A stretch of 42,478 nt of DNA from a virus (Duplodnaviria > Heunggongvirae > Uroviricota > Caudoviricetes), in the IMG/VR virus record IMGVR_UViG_2698536308_000013; one strand, given 5' to 3'. A program made the position numbers and the translations under genes. The notes below the pieces were generated by a model, which worked only from the letters and a program-made list of their open reading frames with translations, made no database searches and was not told the origin of the DNA. Positions 20,500-29,731 of this stretch are shown here, in pieces (the first letter of the stretch is position 1; every line of letters starts with the position of its first letter).

Positions 20500-20928
20500 T
20501 CAGGGTTTAAAATCCAGCACCCCATTTTGAAATACTTTATATACTTCCGGCGAAGGGGGGGCAGGTATATCAGCATTCTTTATCGCATTCATCGCTTCAC
20601 GACATAAATCGAGGTCTCCACTTTCTCTTTTAACCTCCAGTAGAAGGCCATTCGGGGCCATATGCATTCTCAGTGTACACTCTTTTCCTGAATACTTACT
20701 CGCATCCCCGAACTGTTTTTCGATGGCGCTCTTGATTTGATGGGCATACAGACGGATATCCTCACTAACATCAGAAGTACGTTCAGATGAACTCACATAC
20801 TGTGTCTCTATTGCTTTATCGGAGTAATATGATGTACGGTCATGATAATTTGTCGATACAGCATCAGTGCACCCGATAATAATCCCACTAATAATCAACG
20901 TAAGAATTGATGCGCTACGAAAACCCAT
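20500..20928 (-). CDS. Predicted lipoprotein, moron, 142 aa
   Basis: Signal peptide with lipobox IIGC; shares a conserved C-terminal block with the 19954..20349 product. Confidence 0.6.
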   Translation of the reverse strand: MGFRSASILTLIISGIIIGCTDAVSTNYHDRTSYYSDKAIETQYVSSSERTSDVSEDIRLYAHQIKSAIEKQFGDASKYSGKECTLRMHMAPNGLLLEVKRESGDLDLCREAMNAIKNADIPAPPSPEVYKVFQNGVLDFKP

Positions 20929-21865
20929 TTTTCCTCACATATGTCATATAGTAAAGGATTATATATACCGTTGTTTTGGACGCTCAAACAGCGAATCAGA
21001 TCAAATAAAACGCACATTTGTTAACATTTACACAAAGTCTGCGTGGGATATTCTGAAAGAATATCCATAATGTGGAGAGAATCTATTGAAGTGCATGGTG
21101 CCGGGTGCCTCCCGGTGAACAAAATGTTCGTGATACCTGTCGGCGACAGAAAAGGTTAATGGTATCACCCCACCGCACAGGGGGATTCACCATGCAGGAG
21201 TTTTCTTAGCAAACTCACTGCGCGCCCGGCAACTCCCAACCACATAAAATGCGGAGTTTGTGGCATTTATGCATATAACTCGCAGGAATTATCTTAAAAA
21301 ACTGATGTCGATCCGGATTAAAAAGAAGCAGGTCATCATCAGATGACTGGAAAAAAGGAAAACAAAAAATACTCATCATACAGTTTTGATTGCAGGGATG
21401 AGCCTGCTATGCACAATATGCAGAATATAAGCAAGATAAAAATATGCAGGCATATTATTTCGGATCTTGTTATTAACACAACCTTTTTAATAATCATTTG
21501 GCATACAATAAACCAGCCCAAAAAGAACCGCCTAAACAGGCGGTTGGTCAATACAAAGGATGCTTCGTCTTTATTATAGTAATCTGAGGCGTCGGGTGTC
21601 TTGTATCAGACAACATATTGTCCCGCTAAACAGCGAATTACAAACCACCCTGCAATGATCTCTCATCTCATTTTATATGAGTTGACGACATCAGGATAAC
21701 GCATCATCAGCCCCTGCCAAGAAATATCAAAACTCCCGCCAGCAATGTGTTATCACAATATTGTAAAAAAAACACAGCACCGAAACTATAACTGGTCTCT
21801 GTTATAATTTGGAGCAGAAAGACCAGTTGCCCAACTAGCAGCATTCTCCCCTGCTTTCCTGACGT

Positions 21866-21892
21866 AAAAAAACCGCATTAAGCGGTTTTTTT
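21866..21892. terminator. Bidirectional intrinsic terminator downstream of Q (candidate tR')
   Basis: AAAAAAA-CCGC-attaa-GCGG-TTTTTTT: hairpin flanked by an A-run and a T-run, about 80 nt downstream of the Q stop. Confidence 0.6.
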
Positions 21893-21972
21893 ACGATGTC
21901 CATGTCTGCAATCCGCCTCGCGATACAGCTTTGCGAAGCATAGCAAAATTGAAGCAGTTTATACGTAAGAAA

Positions 21973-22515
21973 TCAAGCCATTTTCTCAGCAAATGATTCA
22001 CGCATGGGAATATATAGGGCATACTCAGCAACAGCTAACCAATTAGCAATCCGTTTTTCGCATGTGCTAAAACACCACTCTGGGTGTGCATCATTTAGCA
22101 ATTCAGCCATTTTGCGCTTAGTCATCCCCCGCCCTTCATAGCGTTGCCGGAGAATGCAAATCAATCCTGGATGCTCTGCCAGCACCTCACTTATGACTCG
22201 ATCAATACATAACGCCTCTGCATCAGTACAATGCGCCAGCCAGCTCTTTTGCTTGCCGTTGATCATCTCTCGCAAAAACGCTTCCAGCTCAGCTTTCTCT
22301 ATTCCCGCTTTTTTCATTCTGCGCAGGGCTTCATTAATGGCTGTTTTCGTCAGTTTTTTGGATGCCAACAACTGATTGAACATATTCCCTGACCTGCCAC
22401 CGCCAATATACGACCAGCGCCCCCACATACGTAGTTTTCCCTGAATCCAGACACTTTCCAGCGTGGTGAGGCGAAGGTGTTCTCCGCTTTTTCCTGTATT
22501 CGTTGGGTAAATCAT
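21973..22515 (-). CDS. Late-gene antitermination protein Q-like
   Basis: 180 aa, last gene of the nin-type block, followed by a promoter-like region and terminator upstream of lysis genes. Confidence 0.55.
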   Translation of the reverse strand: MIYPTNTGKSGEHLRLTTLESVWIQGKLRMWGRWSYIGGGRSGNMFNQLLASKKLTKTAINEALRRMKKAGIEKAELEAFLREMINGKQKSWLAHCTDAEALCIDRVISEVLAEHPGLICILRQRYEGRGMTKRKMAELLNDAHPEWCFSTCEKRIANWLAVAEYALYIPMRESFAEKMA

Positions 22516-22802
22516 AAATGACCTTTCTTTCTCCAGATTTCTTGTGTGCGAAAAACCCCTTCAGCATGCATCAGGCGCAATTCTTCTTTGGTGTAATCGC
22601 TGGTTTTTACCCGCCCGTCGATTAGATCGTGGCATGAGCTACAGGCTATCGCCGCCTGCATATCATGTGGTTTTGTCGCTGTTCCGCACGTCCCCGCCAG
22701 CCTGTAATGCGCCAGCACAGAGGTTTCGGGATTGTGATTGCAGTAGCCAGGGATTCTGATCTGGCACATCTGGCCTTTAGCCGCTTTACGTAAATTCACC
22801 AT
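22512..22802 (-). CDS. Nin-region protein (DUF1364-like, Cys/His-rich)
   Basis: 96 aa with CxxxxxC...CxxC...CSSCH pattern; translationally coupled to flanking genes. Confidence 0.45.
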   Translation of the reverse strand: MVNLRKAAKGQMCQIRIPGYCNHNPETSVLAHYRLAGTCGTATKPHDMQAAIACSSCHDLIDGRVKTSDYTKEELRLMHAEGVFRTQEIWRKKGHL

Positions 22803-23401
22803 TACGCAAACTCCAGTAGTTGTGCGGCCACATTTTCAACTTCCTCCTGAGAGGAGAATTTACGGAACAGAATCCAGTTCCACAGCACATTCAGTACAGA
22901 TTTATAAACCTGCTGAAACTCGACTTCGTCCATATTCGCAAAAGCGATGGATTTTGCCCGACGCCCACGGCTACCGTCCGGATAAATATGCTCGGTGTAA
23001 AATCCGGCCTGAATGGTTACCCACTCGCGGAAAGCCTCAAACGACTTTAGCAACGCCGTATCCCGGGTTCTACGAGTCGCAACGGTGTTAAGGTATTGCT
23101 CTGCGGCATCACTCAGGGCTGGCGTGTGTTCCCGACCAACTGATTCGCACAGGTAATCAACGAAACCAGACAGCAGTTCTCGTTCGCGAGGCGTGATCGC
23201 CCCACCGACCGGAGTCCAGTAATCGAATCCCAGTTGCAGGAGTTTGAAAAAACGCTTGTGGAATGCGTAGTTACGCACACGCTTAAAGTCTGCGTGTATC
23301 CACTCACCTATTTTGATTTGATGCAGAAAATCGCAACTCTCCGGCGTCGCCGGGAGAAGTAAACCAGAAGAGGTTTGTTTGACCAGTTGTATATGCGCCA
23401 T
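22802..23401 (-). CDS. Nin-region protein (DUF1367-like)
   Basis: 199 aa ORF upstream of and coupled to the DUF1364-like gene; family recalled from prophage annotations. Confidence 0.45.
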   Translation of the reverse strand: MAHIQLVKQTSSGLLLPATPESCDFLHQIKIGEWIHADFKRVRNYAFHKRFFKLLQLGFDYWTPVGGAITPRERELLSGFVDYLCESVGREHTPALSDAAEQYLNTVATRRTRDTALLKSFEAFREWVTIQAGFYTEHIYPDGSRGRRAKSIAFANMDEVEFQQVYKSVLNVLWNWILFRKFSSQEEVENVAAQLLEFA

Positions 23402-23681
23402 TTCTCAATCTCTCGATGGCGCAGCGCAGCAGATGCCAGTTGTTCAGGCTGACGAATAAAGTATAAATAAACTGGCTATGGTGTAAAGCCCCACATAGCA
23501 TGAACAAACACTACATATCAAATAGCTGGTACAAGGATAGAAATACGACACTTATTATTAAAAACGATTAGATAAATTACATTTTAATGTTATGCAAAAG
23601 TTCTTTTTTATCATAACATTTCAATAAAAGCATTACAGATGCAATCATCCCGTCATCATCAATTATTTAAGGTGGTTAAAC

Positions 23682-23768
23682 ATGGAAAATAACAAGTTCG
23701 CACATCTCGCTCCTTTTTTATCCGTAATCCTTTTCGCTTGTTGTTTTATATGGGCATTATTTTTATAA
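23682..23768 (+). CDS. Small hydrophobic peptide, 28 aa (MENNKFAHLAPFLSVILFACCFIWALFL)
   Basis: Strong SD AAGGTGG 6 nt upstream of ATG; single predicted TM helix; isolated in an AT-rich ORF-poor region. Below the ORF-track size cutoff. Confidence 0.35.
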   Translation: MENNKFAHLAPFLSVILFACCFIWALFL

Positions 23769-24176
23769 AGTAGCCACATGATAAGTTGCTGGAATCATAT
23801 TTCCCACTCAAGTCATTAACATTTGATAAGATATATCTAAAAGGACGCCTTTACATTATTTATGCGTATATAATTTATTTATATACACAGTAAAGGTATC
23901 CTGGGAAAATATTTATCGTTAAAAAATACATCATAAATAATTAAGCTGAAATTTCAGAACACAACTAATACACACAATAAGGTTCAGTAACAGTAATCTA
24001 TGTGGACTACATCGAGATTTTTTGATTAAACTTTAATAACTTATTCCTAACACACAGAATGCATAAACTAAAAGTAAAACAAATAGTTATACGAAAAACA
24101 ACCATATTTATTCTATCTTCTCCTCTAATCAACATATCAATTATGTGTTTCATAACAGCTTGACATAACCCTCCAA

Positions 24177-24199
24177 AAGATGCATTTTTAATGCATGTT
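24177..24199 (+). promoter_or_regulatory. NsrR-type operator-like palindrome upstream of the yeaR-like gene
   Basis: AAGATGCATTT-t-TAATGCATGTT; left half matches the recalled NsrR half-site AAGATGCATTT; TTGACA -35-like hexamer at 24160-24165. Confidence 0.45.
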
Positions 24200-24214
24200 T
24201 TGGAGGAGGTGGTT

Positions 24215-24553
24215 ATGACACACAAGAGAATTCCTAAAGATTGGGTAATCAAACGCTCAACTCCGTTCTTCACAAAAGAGAACGTACCTTCAGCGTTATT
24301 AACACATCATAATACAGCAGCAGGTGTTTTTGGGCAGTTGTGCGTAATGGAAGGCACTGTAACATATTATGGTTTTACTGATGAGAATGCTACTGAACCG
24401 GAGATAAAAGTAGTCATTAATGCTGGCGCTTTTGCAACAAGCCCACCACAATACTGGCACCGTGTTGAACTAAGCGATGATGCTCAGTTTAATATTAACT
24501 TTTGGGTCGCTCCAGACTTTTCGGGCGAAAAAGTCTATAGCACCAAAAAATAG
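24215..24553 (+). CDS. YeaR-like protein (DUF1971)
   Basis: About 112 aa; RSTPFFTKENVPSALLTHHNTAAGVFGQLCVMEGTVTYYGF resembles recalled E. coli YeaR; RBS GGAGG 7 nt upstream. Confidence 0.6.
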   Translation: MTHKRIPKDWVIKRSTPFFTKENVPSALLTHHNTAAGVFGQLCVMEGTVTYYGFTDENATEPEIKVVINAGAFATSPPQYWHRVELSDDAQFNINFWVAPDFSGEKVYSTKK

Positions 24554-24582
24554 ATGATCATATTAAAAATGCTTTAACAGTC

Positions 24583-24619
24583 AGACCCGGCAGGGCTATC
24601 CCCGACGGGTCTCATTTTT
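24583..24619 (+). terminator. Rho-independent terminator after the yeaR-like gene
   Basis: AGACCCG...CGGGTCT stem followed by CATTTTT, 30 nt after the stop. Confidence 0.6.
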
Positions 24620-25173
24620 GTAAATATATTGGTTCTACATTGACAGGAGACTTCAACCATAAGAAGTAATCTGAATACTTGAGCAATAAATTTACTTAAG
24701 ATTAATGAGCGCACCTTGCCGGACAAAGATAAACCAAGGTAACACCTTTTTTCTAGCCAGTATGTAATCAATCAGAAAGCCGCTCCATAAGAACAACAGC
24801 AAGACAATAAATTGCCATTACAGCCGCAATAGCCAGCGCACATTTGAGAACCAGCACGACAACCCCCTGTATTAGACGCACACCAGTCCTGATAAATATG
24901 AGGCTGTCTCGTCAGTGATTCAATACAACTATTGGGTATAGTTTCTGTGATTTTATTCTGTAGAAATGGAACACAACAACCAGTCACCACCAGCACTTCC
25001 TTAAATGCTCTAAGTCAGAAACAAGCCAACATTTTAGTCCGCTTTGAGCGATCTGCAGACATTGCTAGCAGCCTTCTGTGTGAATTCTCAGGGAGCAGGT
25101 CGGCATAGCATCACGTTGAGGCTCTTACCCTACTTGTTCACACCAACCCTAACTCCACAGACTGATTCATAAA

Positions 25174-26175
25174 TTAGTAATCTGCGTGTTTCGCACTTTT
25201 CAGAAATGCTTTCATATTTTCATTAGGTCGCTCAATTTCGAAGTTACTTCCATATAACTCTTGTAATTTTGGCCATAACTTACTTAATAACCCTCTCCTG
25301 CGATAAAATGGATGTATCCAAACGGTAGATAGGTACGGAGAATTTGCATTTGAATTGTTTATTGTGACCAGCCCAACTAAACATTGTCGATAACCACTAT
25401 TATCCATTGATTGTATTTCTTCGACGAATGGATACGCGATTACATCAGTCCAACCATGATCGGTTGTATCCCATTGCATTCCGTCATGACATTCCTTCGA
25501 CTGATAGCGGCGTAAAGCTACACACGCGAGCTTTTGCCAATCTGGAGAATTAATTGTGATCTCTTCATCGTATGACGCGCCTATTGGAGCGGGTATTGGT
25601 CTGATTAATCCAGCATGGCATTCATCATAGAACTTCATGTTTCCCTCAGAAACGTTGTGTACGTTGGGTTGCTCCATGTGTGCGCCATTCAAAAATAGCT
25701 CTGATAGTAGTGTATCTACACTGTAATCTTTATTGATTATTGTCGGCTTAGAGTTTTTCTTATTAAGGCCGCGAGTAACGATTTTTTGATCAATGTTAAC
25801 AACATGGAATAATCCGTCGGGGAGGCTAGCGAACCACGATGGGGCATCGGACCAGAATAGCATGCCTTTTGTACTTCTTAAGAGTTTAATTAAGTTAATA
25901 CAAGCTTCTTCACTAGTCTTGCCGTTGATGCGAAGTATGTTAGGACTAAAGTAATATTCATCCATATCAGGGAATGCAGCTTCGCAAAACTCCTGTACAT
26001 AATTTAGCACCTGGATTCTACAGAGATCATCATAGCTGGTAATAACTAAGGGGGTATCTTCATTACTATTATGATTATCAATAATGCAATCTATAGCGAG
26101 ACTTACTGCTTTGCGTATCACTTCAGTTGAATCTAACGACTCTAAAAATTTTGTCTTTCGTGTGCGAATATCCAT
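25174..26175 (-). CDS. Hypothetical protein, 333 aa, with possible C-terminal GNAT-like acetyltransferase fold; second gene of a low-GC operon
   Basis: Clean ORF 15 nt downstream of gene A. C-terminus CLVGLVTINN...STVWIHPFYRRRGLLSKLW resembles GNAT beta4-alpha3 with an R-x-x-G motif. N-terminal 230 aa unrecognised. Confidence 0.5.
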   Translation of the reverse strand: MDIRTRKTKFLESLDSTEVIRKAVSLAIDCIIDNHNSNEDTPLVITSYDDLCRIQVLNYVQEFCEAAFPDMDEYYFSPNILRINGKTSEEACINLIKLLRSTKGMLFWSDAPSWFASLPDGLFHVVNIDQKIVTRGLNKKNSKPTIINKDYSVDTLLSELFLNGAHMEQPNVHNVSEGNMKFYDECHAGLIRPIPAPIGASYDEEITINSPDWQKLACVALRRYQSKECHDGMQWDTTDHGWTDVIAYPFVEEIQSMDNSGYRQCLVGLVTINNSNANSPYLSTVWIHPFYRRRGLLSKLWPKLQELYGSNFEIERPNENMKAFLKSAKHADY

Positions 26176-26190
26176 GTATGACCTGCGCTA

Positions 26191-27213
26191 TTAAAATTCA
26201 TGAATGAACGGTTTGTCATCTGGTTGCAAAATGGTGGTTTTATTCGTTGCTACATTTAAACTGTTGTAGAGCATAATTGCCAGGTTCGATGCATTTTCAA
26301 TCAGCGTTTCAAGATCCTGGTCTGTAATCACTACGAGGTTCCCTTCTTTATCCTTTCCACCACGATGCACTAAGTGATTTCGATTGAGGGTTGCCAATTC
26401 AATAGCTTCTATCGGACAGTCTTTTTGTACTTTTATATCGAATGTAGCTTCATAGCGGTCGATTACCTTTTTAGTGCTATGCCAGCTTGCACTGATCAAG
26501 TGTTCCTTGATTGACCTGATTAGCTCTCCCCTAATTTTCTCGATGGGTTCACCCTTGAAAGGCAACGCAGCAATATCTTTGCTTACTTTAAATTCAGTCT
26601 TACCTTTTTCTATACAATTGGCTATGTAGACATCATCTTTCTCTATAGAATTAATGAATAGCTCAACATAAAGCGTTTCCAAAGCTGTAATAACATTCGT
26701 GTAGAGCAAACTAAGCAAGTGGTTTTTTTGCTGTTGTTCAGTTTTATCTTTTGCAAGTTTTTTTATTTTATCGATATTATCAATGAATTTTAAATACGGA
26801 TTACCGGAAGACGTTACAGCGTCGTAGATATCATCATCGTACCAATCATCTATATTATTTGAGTTTCCAGACCAGTCAAAACATTGTGTTTGTAATTCAT
26901 CTACTAATTCCTCAATATACTCAGATTTAACATATTGACCGAAGATGGATTGTAGTTCTTCGCTCGCATCATACGGCCCGCCATATATGTAAGCATAGCC
27001 ACCTTCTCTACTTTCATACGGACAAGCATTTGCCGGATCTTCAAAGTTTTCAAAGAACCAGTTTTTCATTACTTCGAGTTGATCTTTTTTGCTTATGTAT
27101 TTTAAAGATTTTAGTGGAACTTTCTTTCCATTAACCTCGAAAACAATTTTCACGATGTAACGCTCCCTTGTATCAATTGCGCAACTATTATACCACAGCG
27201 AAATACAGGGCAT
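26191..27213 (-). CDS. Hypothetical protein, about 340 aa, with C-terminal HEPN-like R-x4-H motif; first gene of a low-GC operon
   Basis: Perfect SD AAGGAGG 6 nt upstream of the ATG at 27213 (tracked ORF extends to 27282); C-terminal LNRNHLVHRGG fits the HEPN Rx4-6H signature. No other recognisable domain. Confidence 0.5.
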   Translation of the reverse strand: MPCISLWYNSCAIDTRERYIVKIVFEVNGKKVPLKSLKYISKKDQLEVMKNWFFENFEDPANACPYESREGGYAYIYGGPYDASEELQSIFGQYVKSEYIEELVDELQTQCFDWSGNSNNIDDWYDDDIYDAVTSSGNPYLKFIDNIDKIKKLAKDKTEQQQKNHLLSLLYTNVITALETLYVELFINSIEKDDVYIANCIEKGKTEFKVSKDIAALPFKGEPIEKIRGELIRSIKEHLISASWHSTKKVIDRYEATFDIKVQKDCPIEAIELATLNRNHLVHRGGKDKEGNLVVITDQDLETLIENASNLAIMLYNSLNVATNKTTILQPDDKPFIHEF

Positions 27214-27351
27214 AACCTGCCTCCTTAAACTAACATACCATGAGCCAGCAATGTCCGCTATTGGCACAAAGCGGACAACCACGCTAGCTCTCCCCTGTGC
27301 CAGAAAAATGTCAATTTACATATGAACTAATGCTCTTTGATCTAGTAACGT

Positions 27352-27783
27352 CTATAAATACCGAAGATTTCCTTGATAAAATGCCAGTACACGTTTCATA
27401 ACTTCACTCTTCCGGCACTCGCGACAGATTATGTTCTGACGCCTGTCATAGCGGCGTATTTCTCCGTCTGGTAATGACCAGATAAGGTCAGGATCAACCA
27501 CAACCGTTTTTTTCACCTTTGCCCTGGATAGTTTTTTGCGGGCGTTTTTCCAATCCTTACGAGCCTGTTCAGACGGGAATAACCCATAGCCAGAGTTGTA
27601 TACATCGCCACTGGCAACCAACTCTCTGGCAAGAATGCTCATCAGATATCTTGTCGCACCTGTCTTGGCCTCCAGTTGCCTTAACGTCTCGCGCCCACTC
27701 TGGCGTACCAACTCAACAACCTGCTCCTTAATTTTTTCACGCTCTTCCTGTGTAAAAACTTTTGCCATAAGCGCCTCCGGCAA
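27352..27783 (-). CDS. Hypothetical replication-module protein (position of Rac ydaW), N-terminal HTH-like
   Basis: 143 aa; a diverged partial paralogue is at 29732..29979; start overlaps the upstream gene stop. Confidence 0.5.
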   Translation of the reverse strand: MPEALMAKVFTQEEREKIKEQVVELVRQSGRETLRQLEAKTGATRYLMSILARELVASGDVYNSGYGLFPSEQARKDWKNARKKLSRAKVKKTVVVDPDLIWSLPDGEIRRYDRRQNIICRECRKSEVMKRVLAFYQGNLRYL

Positions 27784-28545
27784 TCACTTTTCCGACACAA
27801 TACGACTGGAGGAATCGACAATCTGTCGGACAATATCCCGGTGCTTGTTCAGCTCCCGCAGCGCGGCGCAGACTCGCTCCCACTTCTGGACATGATTTTT
27901 CGCCCGACGCAGTTCGCGGTTTGCCATATGCAGCGATGGTAAAACTAGGTCATCCGCTTGCGTTTCAGTAAACGATGGCAGCGACTGCACAATGTCCGCC
28001 ACAGTTTCTGTTTTAATATCTTCCTGTGTTGCCGCTTCCTGTACTGGTAACGCAACACCGGCTGGCTGAGGAAAGGCTTTACCATCAGTTTCCGCTACCG
28101 ATGCAGCTTTCGGCTCTGCTGGTAAATTATCGCCCGGCATGCAGTAACGAAATTTACTGTTCTGGTTTACGCGAATCAGGCGTCCTTTGCTGATTGCCAT
28201 TGCCAGCGTTGAAGCAACTTTGCGGGATGTTGTACCGAACAGCGTAGCCAGTTCATCCGCCGTTTGTGGTCCGCGTTGTTCAATCGTCGCGGTTAAATCG
28301 CACTCTGAGATTTTCACTACAGTTGCCGTGGTGGTTTCTTCCGGCAGTTCTGCCTGCATTGGCTGTTCCTGCTGAACGTTGTTATCAGCCACACGCCAGG
28401 TGTACGCGCTTTTATCAACGAAACCAGCTTTTTTCAGTTCCCATAGTTCGTTCAGCACTTCTTCACGACTGATATCAAGTCGCGCAGCAAGTTCTATGGA
28501 TGTGGCTTTTCCCATTGCTTTCAGTGCGTCAAAAACAGTCTCCAT
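27784..28545 (-). CDS. Hypothetical protein (DUF1627-like, N-terminal winged helix)
   Basis: Start chosen at [13 protein letters not shown] with SD GGGAGG; Glu/Thr/Ala-rich low-complexity middle; family name recalled, not verified. Confidence 0.45.
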   Translation of the reverse strand: METVFDALKAMGKATSIELAARLDISREEVLNELWELKKAGFVDKSAYTWRVADNNVQQEQPMQAELPEETTTATVVKISECDLTATIEQRGPQTADELATLFGTTSRKVASTLAMAISKGRLIRVNQNSKFRYCMPGDNLPAEPKAASVAETDGKAFPQPAGVALPVQEAATQEDIKTETVADIVQSLPSFTETQADDLVLPSLHMANRELRRAKNHVQKWERVCAALRELNKHRDIVRQIVDSSSRIVSEK

Positions 28546-28567
28546 AAAAATTTCCTCCCGGTAAAAA

Positions 28568-29314
28568 TTACTTCTCAATTCCTGGCTGGACGACATTCGG
28601 ACGCCAGCTCTCCCAGTTAAAATTCACCCATCGCCCGCCGTTCATGGTCATGCGATCCATAATCCGCTCGCCGAGCAATGTTTTCATGGCCTCATAGTTC
28701 AGGTTTGTCAGCATCCCCACGCTGCGCATCGACGCTGTCCGGCGATCAACAATCTGGTGCAGCACCACCTGCTCGTTTTTCGTCTCGCGCTGAATGCCAA
28801 TTTCATCAAGAACCAGCAGATCCACTTCGCATAGTTCCCGCAAAAATTTTTCGCCTGACTGCCCATCGTCATAGCTGGCGTGCAGGGCACTCATAACATC
28901 AGCCACGGTAACCACAATCACTGTCTGACCGTCTTTCAGCAGGCGATTCCCGATAGCTGCCGCTAAGTGATTCTTCCCGGTACCAGGTTTTCCGCTGAAC
29001 GCAAAATTTGTACACCCGGTCATCAGTTCATCAGCGATGGATTTCGCCTGACTCAACGCGTATCGCTGCGCTTCGTTCTGCACCTGGTAATTCGAAAACG
29101 AGCATTTGCGGTGCAATGGCTGGATGCCAGAGCGATTCAGAATTTTTTCCACCCGCAACTGACGATTCTGACGGTTGATCTCCTCACAACGTTTCTGGCC
29201 TTCGGAAAGTTGCCACTCGCGCCACTCCGCTACCGTCTTGAATGGCGCGGTTACATGTGACGGGGCCAGTCTGCGGATACGTTCAAGAACGTCGCCTGTC
29301 GCAATATTTTTCAT
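28568..29314 (-). CDS. ydaV: DnaC-like helicase loader (Rac YdaV-like), copy 1
   Basis: 248 aa with Walker [14 protein letters not shown] and Walker B LLVLDEIG; IstB/DnaC-type architecture. Confidence 0.85.
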   Translation of the reverse strand: MKNIATGDVLERIRRLAPSHVTAPFKTVAEWREWQLSEGQKRCEEINRQNRQLRVEKILNRSGIQPLHRKCSFSNYQVQNEAQRYALSQAKSIADELMTGCTNFAFSGKPGTGKNHLAAAIGNRLLKDGQTVIVVTVADVMSALHASYDDGQSGEKFLRELCEVDLLVLDEIGIQRETKNEQVVLHQIVDRRTASMRSVGMLTNLNYEAMKTLLGERIMDRMTMNGGRWVNFNWESWRPNVVQPGIEK

Positions 29315-29320
29315 GGTCAG

Positions 29321-29720
29321 TTACCCCCTGAAGCCTGGCGGGATCGCACTATCCGGTAACGAGACGGTGTTAACCTGTCGGAGTAACGTCTCAGGTCGAA
29401 CACCTTTCGGCGCGAACAAGCCCTGGTATTCATTGGCGATGCTGTGTCGAATCACCTGCTCAGGTGAAAAACCCTGCTGGCGGAATTTTTCCAGCTCCCG
29501 TATCGCCCCGTTAGCGCCCTGCTCCGTTCGAATCGGTTTTCGCAATGCCTGGCGAAATTCAACCCACTCACGCCAAAGCGAGACAGAAATCCAGTTCGGC
29601 AAAGCAATATCCAGAGGGTCAAACTTTTTGACACCTCGATTCCCCCGGGGGGGATTTAGGGGGGGATCTGTTTTTAGATCTTTATCTGTATCTTTATTAG
29701 TTGCCTTTGTGTTGACATCA
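29321..29720 (-). CDS. C-terminal fragment of an O-like replication initiator (ydaU-type), cut at its 5' side by an N-gap
   Basis: Nearly identical (2 mismatches in first 80 nt) to the 3' end of the ydaU-like gene at 32696..33090; the gap begins exactly where identity would end. Confidence 0.6.
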
Positions 29721-29731
29721 NNNNNNNNNNN
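29721..29731. other. Assembly gap, 11 N
   Basis: Run of N in the sequence. Confidence 1.

Noticed and set aside
21339-21579. Overlapping small ORFs on both strands in the AT-rich Q-to-lipoprotein intergenic region
   Set aside because: No convincing RBS; AT-rich sequence generates random ORFs; the region is better explained as promoter and terminator space.
20930-21970. Searched for tRNA genes downstream of Q, as found in Stx-type lambdoid phages
   Set aside because: No T-loop GGTTCGAAT-type motif or cloverleaf-compatible segment seen on either strand.
24772-24996. Cys/Gly-rich 74-aa ORF on the minus strand (microcin-like composition)
   Set aside because: GTG start with an RBS too close to be functional, no leader or signal, and it lies in the wake of the yeaR-like terminator; most likely spurious, though a small secreted peptide cannot be excluded without expression data.
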